Of a DNA stretch of 64,000 nucleotides, positions 29,415 to 38,827 are shown one piece after another. Numbering within the stretch: position 1 is the first letter of the stretch; each line of letters begins with the position of its first letter. The notes below the pieces were generated by a model, which saw only the letters and a program-made list of their open reading frames with translations, was not told the origin of the DNA and ran no database searches. The position numbers were made by a program, and so were the translations under genes. Source of the DNA: an uncultured archaeon (lineage in GTDB: Archaea; Asgardarchaeota; Lokiarchaeia; Sigyniarchaeales; SOKP01); the NCBI GenBank assembly GCA_964486045.1, contig CAZALK010000004.1, positions 224,001 through 288,000 on the forward strand, read 5' to 3'.

Positions 29415-30536
29415 TCAGTAATTATCAGGGATTTTGCGAAAGTTTTTTATATATTTTTTTTCCAAATTCTTCTTTGTTACACAATATGTTCCGGTATTCA
29501 TTGTAGTAAAGCAGGAATTACAACTGATGCATTTCGCTGGCGATAAGTCACCACTTTTCCAACGATTGGGAAGATCTGGTTCATGAATTAATGGTCTAGA
29601 AAGTGAAATAAAATCTACTTCCCCTCTTTCTAAGATTTTTTCAACAGATATCGGATTTCGAATCCCACCCACCAATATTAAGGCACAATCATTCATTAAC
29701 GGTTTCATTTTTTTTACAGTAGGAAGAAAATAATTTTCATGTTCCTCTTTTTTAACTATTTTACTTGAAGGTGTACCACTTGGCTCAATTCCGTCGAATC
29801 CAATGTCAGAAAGAATTTTTGAGATTTCGATTCCTACTTCCTTAGTAATCCTATTTGGGAGTAAATCTAATGATTGAAATTTTATTAATATCGGAAATTG
29901 TTTTCCGAGTTGATCTCTGATTCCGTTATGAATATCTCTCAAAACTTTAGTTCTCTCTTGAATATTTCCTCCAAACTCATCAGTCCGCTTGTTTGTAAAA
30001 GGAGAAAGAAAATTATTTAAAAAATAGCCATGAGCAGCATGGAGTTGGACCATGTCATATCCACATTCGTATGCCTTAAGGCCTGATTCTACAAATTTCT
30101 CAATATAATCCTTAACTTCGTCAGTTGTCAAACCCCGTGGTATTATTCCTGTTGCTTCATTAGGGATTGGTGAAGGTGCAACTGTAGGGTATTTTGGATG
30201 AATTCCTTGACGCCCAGAGTGCTGAATTTGCAAAGCAATTTTGGTATCATCATGATCATGTACCAATTTAACTAGTTTCTTGTTCCCTGGAAGATGAGAT
30301 TTATCATACATAACCATTTGATACGGACCACCTGCACCACCTGGATCTACCGCTGCAGCTCCCGTTATGATTAAACCTGTACCACCCTCTGCCAATTCTT
30401 CGTACATTTTAAGAAGACGCTCCCCAACATAACCATCTTTCTCGGCTACATGCATAAATGTTGCAGAACGTACAATACGGTTTTTAATCTGGACATTTCC
30501 AATTTTTTCCGGGCTGAAAAGGATTTTAAGTTCCAT
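29415..30536 (-). CDS. NADH:flavin oxidoreductase (OYE family), tandem paralog
   Basis: Same motifs, with 'CISCNSC'. Confidence 0.9.
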   Translation of the reverse strand: MELKILFSPEKIGNVQIKNRIVRSATFMHVAEKDGYVGERLLKMYEELAEGGTGLIITGAAAVDPGGAGGPYQMVMYDKSHLPGNKKLVKLVHDHDDTKIALQIQHSGRQGIHPKYPTVAPSPIPNEATGIIPRGLTTDEVKDYIEKFVESGLKAYECGYDMVQLHAAHGYFLNNFLSPFTNKRTDEFGGNIQERTKVLRDIHNGIRDQLGKQFPILIKFQSLDLLPNRITKEVGIEISKILSDIGFDGIEPSGTPSSKIVKKEEHENYFLPTVKKMKPLMNDCALILVGGIRNPISVEKILERGEVDFISLSRPLIHEPDLPNRWKSGDLSPAKCISCNSCFTTMNTGTYCVTKKNLEKKYIKNFRKIPDNY

Positions 30537-30737
30537 TTATGTCTCAATTTTAGCTAATTTTTGTTATGTCAATTTATATTTAATATTAACAGTTCTGATC
30601 TTTTCGGGGCTAAATAAAGTTTTTACATTCACATAAATCGCTTTTATTATGATGTTGAAATAAAATATGAATTTAATAATTATTATTTTGTGATTTTATA
30701 AAAGAAGAAATTACGTAAAACAAGGTTAAATGTTAAA

Positions 30738-31145
30738 CTAATTCTCAGCTTTAAACTTTTCAAGGATTTGTTTTAAGGAATTGTAATTAATTGCTCCAGG
30801 TTGTCTTTTCAATACTTGACCGCCTTTAAGAAATATAGTTGTTGGAATAGCTGTAATACCAAATTGTTGAGCTATTAACGGATTTTCATCAGTGTCAATT
30901 TTAACGAAAATAAAATCTTTATAATATTCTTGTTGTATTTTTTTAAAGATTGGTGCAAAAATCTTACAAGGACCACACCAGACTGCCCAAAAATCAATCA
31001 CTATTATTTTTTCATTAAAATCATACGACAATCTCTTCAAATCTTCTTCATTTTTTATTGAAACAATTTCTTTGGGGATTGATTGGAGTTTCAATAGCAT
31101 TTCCGCTTTTTTCTGACGTATTTTTTCTAGTTCATCATCGGACAT
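30738..31145 (-). CDS. trxA: Thioredoxin with N-terminal helical extension
   Basis: 'DFWAVWCGPC' and cis-Pro 'AIPT'; start reassigned to 'MSDDELEKIR' at 31145. Confidence 0.88.
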   Translation of the reverse strand: MSDDELEKIRQKKAEMLLKLQSIPKEIVSIKNEEDLKRLSYDFNEKIIVIDFWAVWCGPCKIFAPIFKKIQQEYYKDFIFVKIDTDENPLIAQQFGITAIPTTIFLKGGQVLKRQPGAINYNSLKQILEKFKAEN

Positions 31146-31451
31146 TCTGATCCCAATATTCGGTTTTTTAATCTTCTTGAAACTTTTATATAAAACAAGT
31201 GAATGTATTAATTTAAACACCATGATTATTAGTGATATTTCATAATATAAGAACGGCTTTGGTAAATAATTTGAAAAAAAAAAATCCGGATTTTTAATAA
31301 ATGGATGAAAAAGGGTTTTAAACAGTTTATTCACAGAAAGATGATATTTAATCTAAAAATTTTAATAATTAGATCCATGTTTTCTTTAAAAATCCTTTTA
31401 AGATTAAAATCCTTTAAATTTACTTATAGGAGTAGTTAAGTATTAATTTTC

Positions 31452-32210
31452 ATGAAAATTCATTCTCTCTTTATCCTAAAAAAAACTGGGATTTGTATCT
31501 ATAATCGAAATTTTACCACCGATTTTGAAAATATTGAGGTTAATTTGATTACACCCTTTTTTTCCGCTATTTTTTCTTTTTCTGAGAATGTAATTTCAAA
31601 AAAAACACCTGAAATCCTTGAAATGAGCGAATTAAGATTTGTGTTTAAAATTCATGAAGGCTTTATTTTCACTATCTTATCTGATTCAAGTGCAAGTCTT
31701 ATTTTCGTTAATTCTCGGTTATCAAGGATAATAGACGAGTTTCTTGACTTATTCCCCGATCTAAGCCAGGTTAAAGATTATCAACAAATAGAGGAACCGA
31801 AATTTGATGAACTGGTTGATTCGATAATTACGGGAGAAGAAGAGATATATTTAAGTAAAGTTTTTTTCCAGAAAATAATTGATGTTTTTAAAGCTTTAAT
31901 GTATGAGAACGAAATCGTTGGGGCAGCTCTTCTCTCAATTAAGGGAAACGTTATTTATACTTCACTTCCTAATGAGATACTTGTAAATTCACTTAAAGAA
32001 TTAGAAATCAGATATAGAGTTGGGGCATTGACACTACCAGAAATGTATAGTCGATTAGAAAATGGCCAAAAAGTAGTTTCCAAAATAATTGATATTCCCT
32101 GGAAATTAGATCCACTTTTAGTTGTTATTTTATATGAAAGCACCGTGCCGTTGGGAATGGCAGAAGTAAATCTAGATAAAATAGCTAACAAAATCATTCA
32201 TATAATATAA
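31452..32210 (+). CDS. Putative longin-like + Roadblock-like two-domain protein
   Basis: N-half 'IHSLFILKKTGICIYNRNF...LITPFFSAIFSF' (longin-like); C-half 'IVGAALLSIKGNVIY...LLVVILYESTVPLGMA' (Roadblock-like). Confidence 0.6.
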   Translation: MKIHSLFILKKTGICIYNRNFTTDFENIEVNLITPFFSAIFSFSENVISKKTPEILEMSELRFVFKIHEGFIFTILSDSSASLIFVNSRLSRIIDEFLDLFPDLSQVKDYQQIEEPKFDELVDSIITGEEEIYLSKVFFQKIIDVFKALMYENEIVGAALLSIKGNVIYTSLPNEILVNSLKELEIRYRVGALTLPEMYSRLENGQKVVSKIIDIPWKLDPLLVVILYESTVPLGMAEVNLDKIANKIIHII

Positions 32211-32262
32211 CAACAATCGAATCTTCTCATAATAAATAAAAAAAAAGGGGAGATTGTTATAT

Positions 32263-32532
32263 TTATAAATTTTTCATGCTGAAAGTAAATTTTCGTGGGT
32301 TTAAGCTGTAATAACTAAATGATTCTTTATATCTTTTGTCTGAACGTCGTCGTTCCCTTTTCGAATCACGATTTTTTTTGCTTCTTATTTTTTTTATCCT
32401 TTTAGGGGGTGTATCTACATCAGACTCGAAAACATGAATGAATTTAATGAGCGATTTCTTTTTAGTATTAGCCTCGATTTCTAATTCTTTTTCTAAAACC
32501 AAATCATCTACAATTTTTTCTTTTGACTCCAT
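32263..32532 (-). CDS. Small hypothetical basic protein
   Basis: 89-aa ORF filling an intergenic gap; K/R-rich. Confidence 0.45.
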   Translation of the reverse strand: MESKEKIVDDLVLEKELEIEANTKKKSLIKFIHVFESDVDTPPKRIKKIRSKKNRDSKRERRRSDKRYKESFSYYSLNPRKFTFSMKNL

Positions 32533-32808
32533 AAAAGATCAACAATGAGATTTAAGTAAATAAAAAAGTGAAAATTTTTTTCTCTTATAGATCACACATA
32601 AATTGCTCAATATTTAAATTAATTTTTAAAAAAGAAATTGCGTCCTAGAATAACATAAAAGGGTTTGTTGTAAAAAATAGATGGAATTTTATGAAGTTAA
32701 AAAAGATATAAAATTTTCTCAATGCCGTAAAAATTCCAATTCTAAAAATTAAAAACCTAAATTTAATTATTTAAAGTAATTTTATACAAGAATTCCTACT
32801 GGTTAAAT

Positions 32809-34077
32809 ATGTATGATGTTGTAATCATTGGTGCTGGAGTGTCGGGTTCAATTTTTGCTTCAAAAATTTCAAAACACGCTAATACTCTACTTATAGAATC
32901 TCAAGATTATCAAAAAGAGATACCTATAAGAACAAATATCTTTCCGGAACATAATAAACCGTTTGTTAAAGAAGAGCTTGATTGGGATAACAAAGAAATC
33001 TTCCCAAGTCTCCACACTACCTCAAATTATATGAGTGATGAGTTTAATGGCGTAATCAACTCTAATGAATTTGGTCTTCCTTTAGGAAATGTAAGTTACA
33101 CGGAAAACATGATACAATATTTAATTCATAAGTTTGAACAACAGGGAGGAACCTTTAATTCTAATGAAAAGATTTCAAAAATTAATAAACATCCTGATTA
33201 TTTAGAATTATTGAATGCTAAAGGAGAATCATACACTACAAAACTATTAGTATTAGCAACTGGCTCACGAGGGTTTGAATTACAAAAGTCTCTCGGTTTT
33301 GGGATTCCTGATTCTTTTACGGGGGTGTATCTTCATCTTTTTGGAAGTGAAGATAAAATTAATGAAAATTTAAAATGGAATTATAGTTTTCATATTAATC
33401 CTAAGATCAGTAGAAATGGTCCCTTTTTCCTTAATAAAGGAATCGAAAGAATCTCTGCAGGATATTTAGGAGAAAAAAATCAATCGAAGGAAGAGGTAGT
33501 GCCAAAACTAGAGAGAATATTAAAAAATTATAAACCGATACAACCTATCGTAAACGGTTTATCCTATAATTTATCAGATGCCGTAGTAGGGAAAATATCT
33601 AAACATCCAATAAAAAAGTACTCGAATGATCGAGTTCTCATTTTAGGGGAAGCAGCTGGACTAGTCTCTGCGTTCTTTTATGAAGGATTATTACCAGGCG
33701 TTGCTTGTGCGCATATCGCATCTGATACTCTAAAACCTTTGTTCGAAGGTGGTAGCAACTTTACTCGAGGAGAGTTGCAAAAATATGATAAAGAAGTTAA
33801 CCGTGTTCTAATGACGTACTTTAAGAATGGAAATGCCATGGAACACTTGATTTACAATGATAGCTCCTCTGTAAAGTCTTTATGGCGTTTATACACGAAA
33901 TTGCTAAACGAAAACAAGACTTGTAGAAAATTTATACATGAGGCGTACGTAAACCAGGATCTTTCAAAACATATAGTGGCAAACGATAGATATGTAGGAG
34001 AGAAACTTTTCGGGATGCTCCCTACCCTCTCAAAACTTACGCTTAGTCCAAAATTCTTTAAAGCCATGCTGATGTAA
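32809..34077 (+). CDS. FAD-dependent oxidoreductase (geranylgeranyl-reductase-like)
   Basis: 'YDVVIIGAGVSGS', 'LVLATG', 'LILGEAAGLV...EGL'. Confidence 0.75.
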   Translation: MYDVVIIGAGVSGSIFASKISKHANTLLIESQDYQKEIPIRTNIFPEHNKPFVKEELDWDNKEIFPSLHTTSNYMSDEFNGVINSNEFGLPLGNVSYTENMIQYLIHKFEQQGGTFNSNEKISKINKHPDYLELLNAKGESYTTKLLVLATGSRGFELQKSLGFGIPDSFTGVYLHLFGSEDKINENLKWNYSFHINPKISRNGPFFLNKGIERISAGYLGEKNQSKEEVVPKLERILKNYKPIQPIVNGLSYNLSDAVVGKISKHPIKKYSNDRVLILGEAAGLVSAFFYEGLLPGVACAHIASDTLKPLFEGGSNFTRGELQKYDKEVNRVLMTYFKNGNAMEHLIYNDSSSVKSLWRLYTKLLNENKTCRKFIHEAYVNQDLSKHIVANDRYVGEKLFGMLPTLSKLTLSPKFFKAMLM

Positions 34078-34178
34078 TCCCCTAATAACATGTAAATCAG
34101 ACAAAATGAAACTATAGAAGAAAACTTTTACGATTCTTTGAAAAAGAAGAAGACTGAATAAAATTACTCAAAAAATTT

Positions 34179-34379
34179 TTACTCGTAGGCGAGTATTGGG
34201 CAGTTTACCTTCCCAATTGCCTTAAACTCTTTTAGTTGTTTATCAATTTTAACACTAACTTTTGTTTCACAATTGGTGCAATTCCAATCATAACGATTTC
34301 TATCTTCTGAAAATATAACTCCATTGTCAAAGTTATGTTTAACACCGCACGGAAAATCACTCACCTTTTTTACCATCAC
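34179..34379 (-). CDS. Small Cys-containing hypothetical protein
   Basis: 66 aa with 4 Cys including 'CTNC'. Confidence 0.5.
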   Translation of the reverse strand: MMVKKVSDFPCGVKHNFDNGVIFSEDRNRYDWNCTNCETKVSVKIDKQLKEFKAIGKVNCPILAYE

Positions 34380-34723
34380 CTAGAATTTTACTTTTTTTAG
34401 ATTTTTCGTTGAAACCTAAATTTTTTTCAATAAATGTTTTTTTTTGACTATTATCAAACTTATTGATGTATCAAATAATGTATCAATTTCACTTATTTAA
34501 AGTTACCCCCATGTATTTCCCACTCATTAAAATATTAGTAAATTGTTAGATCCGACAAAATAAAGTAGATTAGATAGAATAATGAACGAATCTATTATCA
34601 TGTCATGTTTTTATAAATAATTTTCATAATGAATTTAAATTTTGTGGGGAATTTTGAAAAAAATGTTTAAAATTAGGAGAGTGATGAAAAAAATTGGATT
34701 TTTTCTAAAAATCTTTTCCTTTA

Positions 34724-37072
34724 TTATCTATTTATAAAAGATAATGAAAGTATTTCTTGAAGTTTGTTGATTAGACTTTTCAATTCTTTAATGAGATGGT
34801 TAATCCCCATGGCCAGGTTTGGATCGAGTTTAATCGCTTTCTCAAGATGTTCAATAGCTCTATGATAATCTTTCTTTTCGAAGTAAGCATACCCCATGAA
34901 GAACCATGCTTTAGCAAAACTAGGTTCCAATTCAGTTGCTTTAACATAGCTTTCAATTGCTTTATCAAATTCATTAATTTGTTCATAAATATTACCTATA
35001 TTAAACCATCCAATAAAATAGTCAGGATCAATCTCAATAGTTTTGTTTAAGAAACTTAGCGCGTTTTCAAACTCATTTTTAGCCATATAAGCTAATCCGA
35101 TCAAATTCCATGATTCAATATGAGATTTATTGTAATTCAATGCTTTTTGAAAGCTCTCGATTGCAGCATCGTATTTTTTTTTGTAGTTATAAGCTTGTCC
35201 AATGTAATAATGAGCATCTACAAACTTTTCATCTAACTCAACCGCTTTTCTGCCATCATCTATTGCATTATCGTATTGTTTATTTTCTATTTCAACCTTT
35301 ATTTTATTTATCAATTCTTTTTTGTAACTTTCTTTAACTAAATCCTTGTTTTTTACATCAGGGACCTCCATCATATCATTAACTTTTAGTGCCCTTTCAT
35401 AAAAATTAAAAGCTTCTTCGAATGCTTTCTTTTCCGCGAGTTGATTTCCTTGTTCGATCAAGAATTTAATTTCCTCAGAATGAACATCGTCAATCATATT
35501 TTTGATTTTGTTCATTTCTTCAACTTGACGTTCTGGATCCTCAATAGATTGAGCGTATTCTAATCTTTTTTGGAGTTTTCCTATTTCTTTCTCTTTAGTC
35601 TCCTGTTGTTCATCTAATTTCCCTTTCCCAACTAACTGTTTTACTTCAGCGTCATAAATAAGACTTTTTATCAAGTTAACCTCTTCTTCCATTTCTTTAG
35701 TGAGATACATTTTATTAGTCATATTCAGGGCTTCCTTGAAGACTTCTAAGGCTTTCTCATATTCATTTTGACCAATTAGATCTTTTCCCCTATTAATAAC
35801 TTCTTTATTTTTGGTAGAATAAACTTTATTTATTATACTTTTTAAATCTTGTAATACTGCATTATCTTCTTCTGGATATGCCATTTGTTTTGCAATACTT
35901 AAAGCGACGTATATTTCATTAATAGCTTCTTCATATTTTTGCTTTCCGATTAATTGAATTGATTTATCTTTGATAACATTAATTCCGGGTAAACAAGCTT
36001 GGTTAATTGAGTCATTGATTTTTTTAATCTCTAAGTCTTTTCTCTCTGAATTAACCATGGTTTCCGTGATAATTATCGCTTTGTTAAAAATCGCAATAGC
36101 TTCATTTATCATTGTAATTGATTCTTTAAAATTATCTGTTTGAGTTACTGCGATTCCTTCTTCTAAAATTGGCCTAATTCGTTCAATATGTATTGGATTT
36201 ATCGCTTCTGCGATAAGGCTGATCTCAAGTTTTTTTAATTCAGAATCATACATTTTTTCCGCAATGATTAATGCATTCTCTAACTCGGATATAGCTTCAT
36301 CTTTTAACCCATCTTTAATTAAATCTTTTCCTTTCTCAACCATTAACTTAATTTGCTTAGAATAAATTTCATTTGAAAGATTAATAATGTTAACAATTTC
36401 AGTTTTCATCGCATTAGCAGAGAAAGATTTTTCAATATGACTCTTTGCTTTTTCAAAAACTTTAATTGCTTGGTCAAATTGACCTTTCTGCTTCAACTCA
36501 GTTCCCTGGTGTAATATTAGCCTGAATTGGGATTCATTCGTTTTATCAATTTCATTCTTAATCTTGGAAGTATATTCTCTCTTACCCTCGAGATGTCGAA
36601 ATTTTTCCACGAGAATCAACCCATCTTCAAATACCTTAATTGCATCATTTAAGTTGTTTTCTTCCTCTCTTTTTTTTATTCCTTTTAGTATAATCTGTTC
36701 TATTTCAACTTCCTTAATCAGTTCATTTATTTCTGCGATTTCAGCATCTCTGAGTTCTTTATCACTAATTTTTTCATTAGCAATCCTAATTCCTTTCTTA
36801 AAATTAGTTTTAGCCTTTTCATACTCTTTTAATGAAATTAACCGAGTTGATTCTTGAATAAGGTGGCTTATCTCAACTGAATGTGTTTGATTAATAGCAT
36901 TTTTTATATTTTCAATCTCAACTTTCTTTTCACTAGGCTCATCGACTTTTATATTAATAAAATTGAGAGCTTGTTCGAATTTTTCTATCGATTTTTGAAA
37001 TTTATTTTTATCTTTTAAAGTATTGGCTTCTTCAATTATTGTAATTAATTTCTTTAAGATTGATGGTTTCAT
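34724..37072 (-). CDS. Helical-repeat protein with C-terminal TPRs
   Basis: About 60-aa helical repeats, then canonical TPRs ('AHYYIGQAY...A...F.KAL', 'AWFFMGYAY'). Confidence 0.85.
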   Translation of the reverse strand: MKPSILKKLITIIEEANTLKDKNKFQKSIEKFEQALNFINIKVDEPSEKKVEIENIKNAINQTHSVEISHLIQESTRLISLKEYEKAKTNFKKGIRIANEKISDKELRDAEIAEINELIKEVEIEQIILKGIKKREEENNLNDAIKVFEDGLILVEKFRHLEGKREYTSKIKNEIDKTNESQFRLILHQGTELKQKGQFDQAIKVFEKAKSHIEKSFSANAMKTEIVNIINLSNEIYSKQIKLMVEKGKDLIKDGLKDEAISELENALIIAEKMYDSELKKLEISLIAEAINPIHIERIRPILEEGIAVTQTDNFKESITMINEAIAIFNKAIIITETMVNSERKDLEIKKINDSINQACLPGINVIKDKSIQLIGKQKYEEAINEIYVALSIAKQMAYPEEDNAVLQDLKSIINKVYSTKNKEVINRGKDLIGQNEYEKALEVFKEALNMTNKMYLTKEMEEEVNLIKSLIYDAEVKQLVGKGKLDEQQETKEKEIGKLQKRLEYAQSIEDPERQVEEMNKIKNMIDDVHSEEIKFLIEQGNQLAEKKAFEEAFNFYERALKVNDMMEVPDVKNKDLVKESYKKELINKIKVEIENKQYDNAIDDGRKAVELDEKFVDAHYYIGQAYNYKKKYDAAIESFQKALNYNKSHIESWNLIGLAYMAKNEFENALSFLNKTIEIDPDYFIGWFNIGNIYEQINEFDKAIESYVKATELEPSFAKAWFFMGYAYFEKKDYHRAIEHLEKAIKLDPNLAMGINHLIKELKSLINKLQEILSLSFINR

Positions 37073-37188
37073 TTTCGTATCTCTTATGATTTAATCCTAT
37101 GGAATATAATAGCAATAATTATATAAACCTTATATCTTTCGGAATGTAAGTATAAATATCTGACTCTGTAAGATTGAAATTAATAAAA

Positions 37189-38784
37189 ATGGCTAGTAAG
37201 ATACCGGCAAGAAAAATATTCTACAACGGAATTATTATCACACTGGAAGAAAAACACCCGAGTGTTGAAGCTGTGGGAATTGAAGGAGAAAAGATTTTAG
37301 CTATAGGGATGTTAGAAAAAGTTAAAGAAGAGCTTGGTGTTGAAAACGAGCTGATAGATTTGGGGGGAAACACCCTCCTCCCTGGCTTTATAGATTCACA
37401 TATGCATCCAATTGGATCTATGTTCATGTTAATGAACCTTGATCTTTCTACCATAGCAAGCTTAGAAAAACTTCAAGAAGTATTGAAAAATTCTGCTGAA
37501 AAAAGAGGAAAGGGAGATTTAATATTTGGATTCAGGTTAAAAGAAGAACTCTTTGAAATTCCAAAATTACCCACTCGGTGGGACCTAGATATTGCTTGTC
37601 CCGGGAATCCTGTTTTTATTTTACGGTATGATGGTCATATTGGAATTGCAAATACTAAAACCCTAGAATTAGCTGGAGTTAACTCCCAAACAAAAGTTCC
37701 TACGGGTGGTGAAATTAGGAAGGATGAAAATGGAGAATTAACCGGTGTTATCAGCGAAAATGCATTAACTGTACTCTATTCTAAAGTTTCTAAATATTTA
37801 TTTCCCAAACCTGAAGCTCTTCAGGAAATAGCGAAAAAATATTTTAATTCACTAGCTAGTAAAGGAATCACTTCAATTCATGGGATCACCTCTCTTCAAC
37901 GTGATTTCCCCGTTTATTCATTAGTTAAAGAAGAAGTACTTCAAAGCTGGTATTCACTAATTTCTATCGTAGATCCGACAAAACTTAAAGACCTAAAAAA
38001 GCAATCCTTAGACACTAATAAGGAAGATAGCAAATTTAAAACTAGGTGTTGGAAAGGTTATTTTGATGGTACTTTGGGTGCGAAAACAGCGTTAATGCAT
38101 GAACCCTTTTCTGATGCTCCTGATAAGAAGGGATTTTCCGTAGTCGATGAAGAAACCATGTTTAAAAGAATGAAAATAGCACATGATGATGGTTTTCAAA
38201 TCAGTATTCATGCAATTGGAGATAAAGGGAATCGAAAATGCGTTGATTTATATAAGAAATTACTAACACAATCCCCGAAAGAAAATCATCGCCATCGAAT
38301 TGAACATGCCTCATTATTAACTGAGGATGTTATTAAAGATATTAAAAAATATAATATAATTGTTGCGTGCCAACCTCCCTTTATTAATTCAGAATATACT
38401 TGGTTGGAGAAGCGTTTGGGTAAAAAACGATGTAATTATATCTATCCATTCAAATCCATCATTGATTCGGGGATTATAATGGCATCAGGATCGGATAGCC
38501 CTATAGAAGATCCTGACATAATTATGGGGCTCCATGCTTTAGTTACACGGAACGGTTTTGTTCCGGAACAATGTATCACGATGGAAGAGGCATTAAAAAC
38601 TTATACTATTAACGGTGCTTACGCCGCATTCGAAGAAAATGTTAAAGGGAGTATTAAGGTTGGTAAATTAGCAGATTTTGTTGTATTGGATAAAAATCCC
38701 CTTGAGGTAGATAAAGACCATATTAGAGAAATTCAGGTAATTGAAACGATAATTAGAGGAAAGAGTGTTTTTAAAAAAGATTGA
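37189..38784 (+). CDS. Amidohydrolase (YtcJ-like)
   Basis: 'PGFIDSHMH', 'HAIGD', 'RIEHAS', 'GSDSP', 'GSIKVGKLADFVVL'. Confidence 0.92.
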   Translation: MASKIPARKIFYNGIIITLEEKHPSVEAVGIEGEKILAIGMLEKVKEELGVENELIDLGGNTLLPGFIDSHMHPIGSMFMLMNLDLSTIASLEKLQEVLKNSAEKRGKGDLIFGFRLKEELFEIPKLPTRWDLDIACPGNPVFILRYDGHIGIANTKTLELAGVNSQTKVPTGGEIRKDENGELTGVISENALTVLYSKVSKYLFPKPEALQEIAKKYFNSLASKGITSIHGITSLQRDFPVYSLVKEEVLQSWYSLISIVDPTKLKDLKKQSLDTNKEDSKFKTRCWKGYFDGTLGAKTALMHEPFSDAPDKKGFSVVDEETMFKRMKIAHDDGFQISIHAIGDKGNRKCVDLYKKLLTQSPKENHRHRIEHASLLTEDVIKDIKKYNIIVACQPPFINSEYTWLEKRLGKKRCNYIYPFKSIIDSGIIMASGSDSPIEDPDIIMGLHALVTRNGFVPEQCITMEEALKTYTINGAYAAFEENVKGSIKVGKLADFVVLDKNPLEVDKDHIREIQVIETIIRGKSVFKKD

Positions 38785-38827
38785 ATAATCTCAAAAGCAA
38801 ATATATTTATATCTAAAATAATCCTCT

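Noticed and set aside
30738-31334. Long N-terminal extensions in the ORF track (thioredoxin, CDF, thiolase, SDR 23344, NUDIX, OYE 28263)
   Set aside because: The extensions are low-complexity or overlap neighbours; downstream ATGs match the family N-termini
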